32,000 bases of DNA from Thermoproteus tenax Kra 1 (GTDB lineage Archaea; Thermoproteota; Thermoprotei; Thermoproteales; Thermoproteaceae): assembly GCF_000253055.1 (NCBI RefSeq), contig NC_016070.1, positions 270,001 through 302,000 on the forward strand, given 5' to 3'. Below the pieces are notes generated by a model. The model ran no database searches. It was not told the DNA's origin and was given only the letters and a program-made list of their open reading frames with translations. The position numbers and the translations under genes are program-made. Positions 27,773 to 32,000 of this stretch are shown piece after piece; the stretch's first letter is position 1, and the number at the start of each line of letters is the position of its first letter.

Positions 27773-28746
27773 GAGGCCCCCGAGGCCCTGTGGGATAACT
27801 GTCCACACCGGCGTCGGCTGCCCGCTGGCTTGTGCGTACTGCTATATATACGACATGGGGTTCCCCGGCGCCGTCAAGCCCTATCCTCTCGCGCCCCTCG
27901 AGATGGCCTACGCGTTGGCCGCCAACCCATATGTCGCCGTGGGAGAGCGGGGCACCCTTGTGGCCGTGGGCTCGGTCACTGAGCCGTTCCTCCCAGAGAC
28001 GAGGGGGTTGGCGCTTGGATATATCGCGGCCATCGCCGAGAGCCTCGGGAACCCCATCCAAGTCTCCACCAAGTATCCTCCGCCGGCCGAGTTGGCTAGG
28101 TACTCAGCGGACGTGCTCATCAGCGTCACTGACGCCGAGGGGAGGCTTGAGCCCAGAGCGCCTAAGCCCGTCGAGAGGATCAAGGGAGCTGAGGAGCTGA
28201 TAAAGAGGGGAGGCTCCGTCGCCCTCTTCGTCAGGCCCGTGGTCCCGGGCGTCACCGACCGCGACATAGAGCGTCTGCTCGCGCTGGCTTGGGACGCCGG
28301 CATTAGGCGGGTTATATTCGGCACACTGAGGGTCACCAGCGGCATAGCCGCCAGGCTGAGGCCTTCGGAGTCGATATCTCCCCCTACGCTCCGCCCAGGC
28401 TGGAGAGGAGGAGCAGATCCCGATAAAATATCCCAAGGCCAAGCTGGTCGAGGCGGCCGAGAGGTGGGGCTTCGAGGTCCTGCCCGCCTCTTGTGCCTCG
28501 AACGTGTTGGCCCACGGCCAGACTTGTGCGCTCTGCAGCTGGGGGCCGTGCGGCGGAGTTCCGAGAGTCGATGTAGAAGACGTGAGGGACTACCTAGAGG
28601 CCAGAGGGTACAGAGGGGCCGACCCCAGCTTCGACGGCAGAAGGGTGTCGGTGAAGGTGAGGCTGAGGAGGGAGGACAAAGTCTTCTTGGAACAAGCCCT
28701 GAGGGTTCCCGTCGTCGGCCAGGGGAGGGCGCCCCGACCGTCCTAG
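27681..28746 (+). pseudogene. Radical SAM protein with two apparent -1 frameshifts (sequencing error or pseudogene)
   Basis: GITVHTGVGCPLACAYCYIYDM in one frame up to ~28350, VDISPYAPPRLER in a second to ~28412, then EEQIPIKYPKAKLVEAAERWGFEVLPASCASNVLAHGQTCALCSWGPCG in a third, ending at 28746. Confidence 0.75.
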
Positions 28747-28759
28747 ATGGGCTCCGCCG

Positions 28760-29524
28760 TCACGAGGCGAATTTAGCTCTACACTTCGGCACCTCCTGGG
28801 CCACTATCTTCAAAAGCCTCTCTCTGTCGGCCTTCGCCAGACATCTGGACATGAGGGCGTCCACATATACGGCCTCAAATTCATCCAACTCCTTCACGTA
28901 TCTGTGGATGAGCCTCCTTGAGAGCGGCGGTATGTTGAGGGATTTGACCAGGGCCTTGGCGTCCCCCATTAAGTTGCCTCTCGGCACCACGTGGATCAGC
29001 CCCCTCTGGGCCAAGAGGGGGGCCTCGGCGGCCTCCCCAGAGAGCATCCTCAGGGCCGTGAGCCTGTCCAATCTGTCCAAGAGGGGCCTTGCGCCAAACG
29101 CGGGCGGTATGCCGGCCTTTGCCTCGGGGTAGCAGATGTAGACGTCAGGAGGAGCTATGACCAAGTCCGCCCAGAGCGCAATCTCCATCCCGATGCCCAC
29201 CGCAGACCCGTTCAGGACCACGAACACCGGCTTCGCCGACGACGCCATTAGGGCGAAGAGGGACTTGATGGCTCTGACCGTCTCCCTGACAGAGTCGTAG
29301 TCGTCCCCCAGATTGACCCAGTCTATGCCGGCTGTGAAGTAGGCGCCTCCCATAGCGGTTATGACTACCTTGTCCACGTTCGGGTCTTGGCTGGCCAACA
29401 TGAGCGCCGAAGTCAATTGAACGAGCACGTCCCTATTGATGCGGTTGAACTCGCCGTTGTCTACGGCTATAACGCCGATCCCCTCTTCGTTCCATATTTT
29501 GACTCTATTGAAGAATTTCTCCAT
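28760..29524 (-). CDS. Enoyl-CoA hydratase/isomerase family protein
   Basis: 254 aa crotonase fold. VDKVVITAMGGAYFTAGIDW, KPVFVVLNGSAVGIGMEIALWADLVIA, KAGIPPAFGA. Confidence 0.85.
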   Translation of the reverse strand: MEKFFNRVKIWNEEGIGVIAVDNGEFNRINRDVLVQLTSALMLASQDPNVDKVVITAMGGAYFTAGIDWVNLGDDYDSVRETVRAIKSLFALMASSAKPVFVVLNGSAVGIGMEIALWADLVIAPPDVYICYPEAKAGIPPAFGARPLLDRLDRLTALRMLSGEAAEAPLLAQRGLIHVVPRGNLMGDAKALVKSLNIPPLSRRLIHRYVKELDEFEAVYVDALMSRCLAKADRERLLKIVAQEVPKCRAKFAS

Positions 29525-29539
29525 GGAAAAAATGGATTT

Positions 29540-30979
29540 CTACTCTATATAGGTGACGTAGAAGTAGGATAACAACGCTGCCGACAAATCTATCAAAGCG
29601 CCGCCCCAAGCGATCCCTATATAGGGCGCTTGGGTTGCTGGATTCAACGCAAACGACAGCGCGGCCAACACCACGGCGAAGATGCCGCTTATGTAGCCGA
29701 AGTACTCAGCCGCCTTCTTGTAGGGCCAGCCGGAGCCCTTCACCCTAGGCGCCAGCTTGAGGGCGCCCGCCTCTTTGGCTCTGCGCCACACGAGATGTGC
29801 GGCGTACATGCCGACGAAGATTATCACTGGAGGCGGCAGTATAGTGATGAGGATCCAGGATGGCTCTACGGGCACGCCGGGCTGTATGGCGCCCCATAGG
29901 CTGAGCTCGATCACCCACGCCAACCCCGTTAAATACAAGGCGGTTATCCAAGGTCTGTCCAACGGGTGGAGCGCATCGCCTCTGTCTATCAAGGGGGTGA
30001 GCAATAAGATTATCAGAGGAATGAAGACGGCCATGACTATATCTGTGCCTAGGCCGAAGGGCATATCGGCCATCTTATAGATGAACAAGAAGAACCACGG
30101 CGGATAGGCTGGGAAGCCGGCGGCTTGGGGACTCGTCGGCGAGGGACCTGGATACGGCGAGAACAACACAGGCGTGGCGTTGACTATGCCGGGGAGCTGG
30201 AGGAATGAGGGCACGAACAATATAATGCCCCAGGTCAAGAACACGATGCCCGTCATAAAGATGAAGTTCCTGGGCCACCACGGCTTTATCCTAGGGTCGT
30301 TCCTCTGAAGAACGGCCGGGGCCTTGTAACCCACCTCGGCTGGCTCCGGCGCGAAGCCGTTCTGCTCCGCCAGATAGAAGTGGAGCACGAAGAAAAGTAT
30401 GATCGCGGCGGCGAGGATTATATGCCAGCCGAGGAACCTCAGATAGGTCGCAGCGCTTCCGCCTGCGCCGAATATGACGGGTATCAGCCCGCTTAACCCA
30501 ATGGACGAAACTACGGCTTTGCCCACATCTACGGCGTCCACCGACAACACATCGCCGGTCAGAGAATAGCCCAGGAAGGCGGTGCCTAGGGTTATGGCAA
30601 ATAGCAATACGCCGAGGACCCACTGGGCCCCCCTAGGACGTTTGTAGTTGCCTCGGAAGAACTCGTAGAGGCCGTGTATATAGACGGCGAAGATCATTAT
30701 ATATGCTCCATAGAGATGGGAGGGGAGCAGTATTTTGCCGAACGGGATGTTGCCCAAGATGTACATAGTGGACTGATAGGCGCTTGCCGGCTCATAGTAC
30801 AACATCAACAACAGCCCTGTTATCGCCTGCCAAATTAGGGCCGATGTAGCTATGGCCCCGAGCCAGTACTCTATGCTGAACATGTAGTCTGGCACCCCCA
30901 TAAACGGCACATCTCTGAGGTGGAACACATCGGCGATCCAGTCGGAGATCCTCTCTATCAAGCCGCGCCTCTGGGACAT
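29540..30979 (-). CDS. Cytochrome b (quinol-oxidising bc-type complex subunit)
   Basis: 479 aa. Paired haem ligands HLYGAYIMIFAVYIH and HIILAAAIILFFVLH (both H-x13-H); followed by YPPWFFLF in the Qo loop. Confidence 0.92.
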   Translation of the reverse strand: MSQRRGLIERISDWIADVFHLRDVPFMGVPDYMFSIEYWLGAIATSALIWQAITGLLLMLYYEPASAYQSTMYILGNIPFGKILLPSHLYGAYIMIFAVYIHGLYEFFRGNYKRPRGAQWVLGVLLFAITLGTAFLGYSLTGDVLSVDAVDVGKAVVSSIGLSGLIPVIFGAGGSAATYLRFLGWHIILAAAIILFFVLHFYLAEQNGFAPEPAEVGYKAPAVLQRNDPRIKPWWPRNFIFMTGIVFLTWGIILFVPSFLQLPGIVNATPVLFSPYPGPSPTSPQAAGFPAYPPWFFLFIYKMADMPFGLGTDIVMAVFIPLIILLLTPLIDRGDALHPLDRPWITALYLTGLAWVIELSLWGAIQPGVPVEPSWILITILPPPVIIFVGMYAAHLVWRRAKEAGALKLAPRVKGSGWPYKKAAEYFGYISGIFAVVLAALSFALNPATQAPYIGIAWGGALIDLSAALLSYFYVTYIE

Positions 30980-30982
30980 AGC

Positions 30983-31768
30983 CTATCCAAGCGCAGGGTT
31001 CTGATAGAAGTTGACTACGGTCTGAGTGCCTTTGATCGGAGTGCCTCCCTGCAGATCGCCCACTGGATTGTTCACTACTTCCTGCGTTGGATTAGTGAAG
31101 CCAGGATGGCCGAAGACGACAGGTCCGATCATCCCGACGGCGTATAGCTGGTCCGTTGAGGGATCCCACTGGAGTATCACGGCGGGGAGCGGCGCTACAG
31201 CCGGGCCCGTTATGACGGCTCCGCCCTTGTACGGATCATACGTCGAGCCGTGGCAGTTGCAGTGGAGGACTCTGTCCATAGGGCCCTTGATTGTGATGGC
31301 CTTGCGTCCCGGCGGATAGAAGGTCATCTCGGGGAAGGTACAGCCGGCGTGTTGACATATAGCGCTGTAGGCCACTATGGACTTGTGGGGCCCCACGCCG
31401 CCTGGGAACGTATACGTGGCGCCAGTCTGAGGCACTGTCACTTTGACGGGGGGTACTGCCACCGGATTGTTGTTCTCATCGCCTAGATTTAGCAAGAAGA
31501 CCGGCTCGTTGCTCAAGGGATAGTTGAACATGGCGATCTTCGGCTGGGCGTTCACAGGTATATCCGAGGCCTTGATCGGGTTGCCGTTTTCATCGACCAA
31601 CAACAGCTTGGGGAACTCCGAGATGCTCTCTATAGGCGGCATCAAAAACTCCAGCCCCCTCAAAAGCCCCACGGTGACGCTTAGGCCCGCCAGAAGTATT
31701 ATCCCCTGGAGCAGCCTGCGCCTCGACTCGTCTACGGGCAGACCCTGAGAGGTATTTGTACCCTCCAT
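30983..31768 (-). CDS. Rieske iron-sulfur protein
   Basis: 261 aa. CQHAGC and CNCHGSTYD cluster-binding motifs; Tat-like SRRRLLQG and N-terminal TM helix; adjacent to cytochrome b. Confidence 0.94.
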   Translation of the reverse strand: MEGTNTSQGLPVDESRRRLLQGIILLAGLSVTVGLLRGLEFLMPPIESISEFPKLLLVDENGNPIKASDIPVNAQPKIAMFNYPLSNEPVFLLNLGDENNNPVAVPPVKVTVPQTGATYTFPGGVGPHKSIVAYSAICQHAGCTFPEMTFYPPGRKAITIKGPMDRVLHCNCHGSTYDPYKGGAVITGPAVAPLPAVILQWDPSTDQLYAVGMIGPVVFGHPGFTNPTQEVVNNPVGDLQGGTPIKGTQTVVNFYQNPALG

Positions 31769-32000
31769 TAGCTCTTCTCCTCAATCAAATATTTTTAAAT
31801 ATTTTTCTAAATTAATTAGAAAAAAATGATATAAATATAGAAAAGGTACTTGTCCTATTCTCTTCCTAATCGTTTCCTATTAAATCAGATTAAAATAAAG
31901 ATTTAATTCAAATTTTTCTATTGTTTATCTGGAAATTTTTAAATATCGAATTTACTATATAACATTTTATGCGGCATAATCCGGGCTCCAAGTTGGGACG

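Noticed and set aside
28340-28425. Programmed ribosomal frameshifting in the radical SAM gene
   Set aside because: Two separate -1 shifts within ~60 nt at plain G runs, without obvious slippery heptamers or stimulators, are more simply explained by missing bases.
28350-29132. C-terminal part of the 483-aa ORF 27681..29132 as real protein
   Set aside because: After ~28350 this frame loses radical SAM character, becomes Gly/Arg-rich and runs antisense into the enoyl-CoA hydratase gene; the conserved sequence continues in other frames.

Overview
Archaeal chromosomal segment, most likely a crenarchaeon of the Thermoproteales (inferred from a CC1-like chromatin protein, promoters compatible with leaderless transcripts, and protein content). 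The window is gene-dense and mostly housekeeping. It contains: an MFS transporter; thiC plus an overlapping small gene; divergent pdxS-pdxT; a probable PduO-type cobalamin adenosyltransferase; an overlapping nadA-nadB-nadC-queE run; a secreted/anchored Pro/Thr-stalk protein; tRNA-Leu(TAA); trpB2; a tldD/pmbA-like pair; rpl5; a Dph6-like plus glutaminase-less asparagine-synthetase-like pair of ATP-pyrophosphatases; small regulators; tRNA-Phe(GAA); a RecA/KaiC-type ATPase; a SpoIIM-like protein; a PEBP family protein; a second MFS transporter; a BtpA family protein; SWIM and ASCH domain proteins; a multi-spanning membrane protein; a radical SAM gene broken by two apparent -1 frameshifts; an enoyl-CoA hydratase family protein; and cytochrome b plus Rieske genes. 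I found no CRISPR array, intact transposase or obvious defence island. The most useful second-look items are: (1) a shared 12-bp palindrome next to the TATA elements of pdxS and the cobalamin adenosyltransferase gene; (2) hairpin repeats resembling remnants of an IS200/IS605-type (TnpB) element; (3) an unexplained GC-rich ~220-nt intergenic region that could encode a structured RNA; (4) two small genes missed by the ORF track (CC1-like, 46-aa zinc ribbon); (5) the double frameshift in the radical SAM gene; (6) a PPWF variant at the cytochrome b Qo motif. I did not find decisive evidence for a wholly new system.
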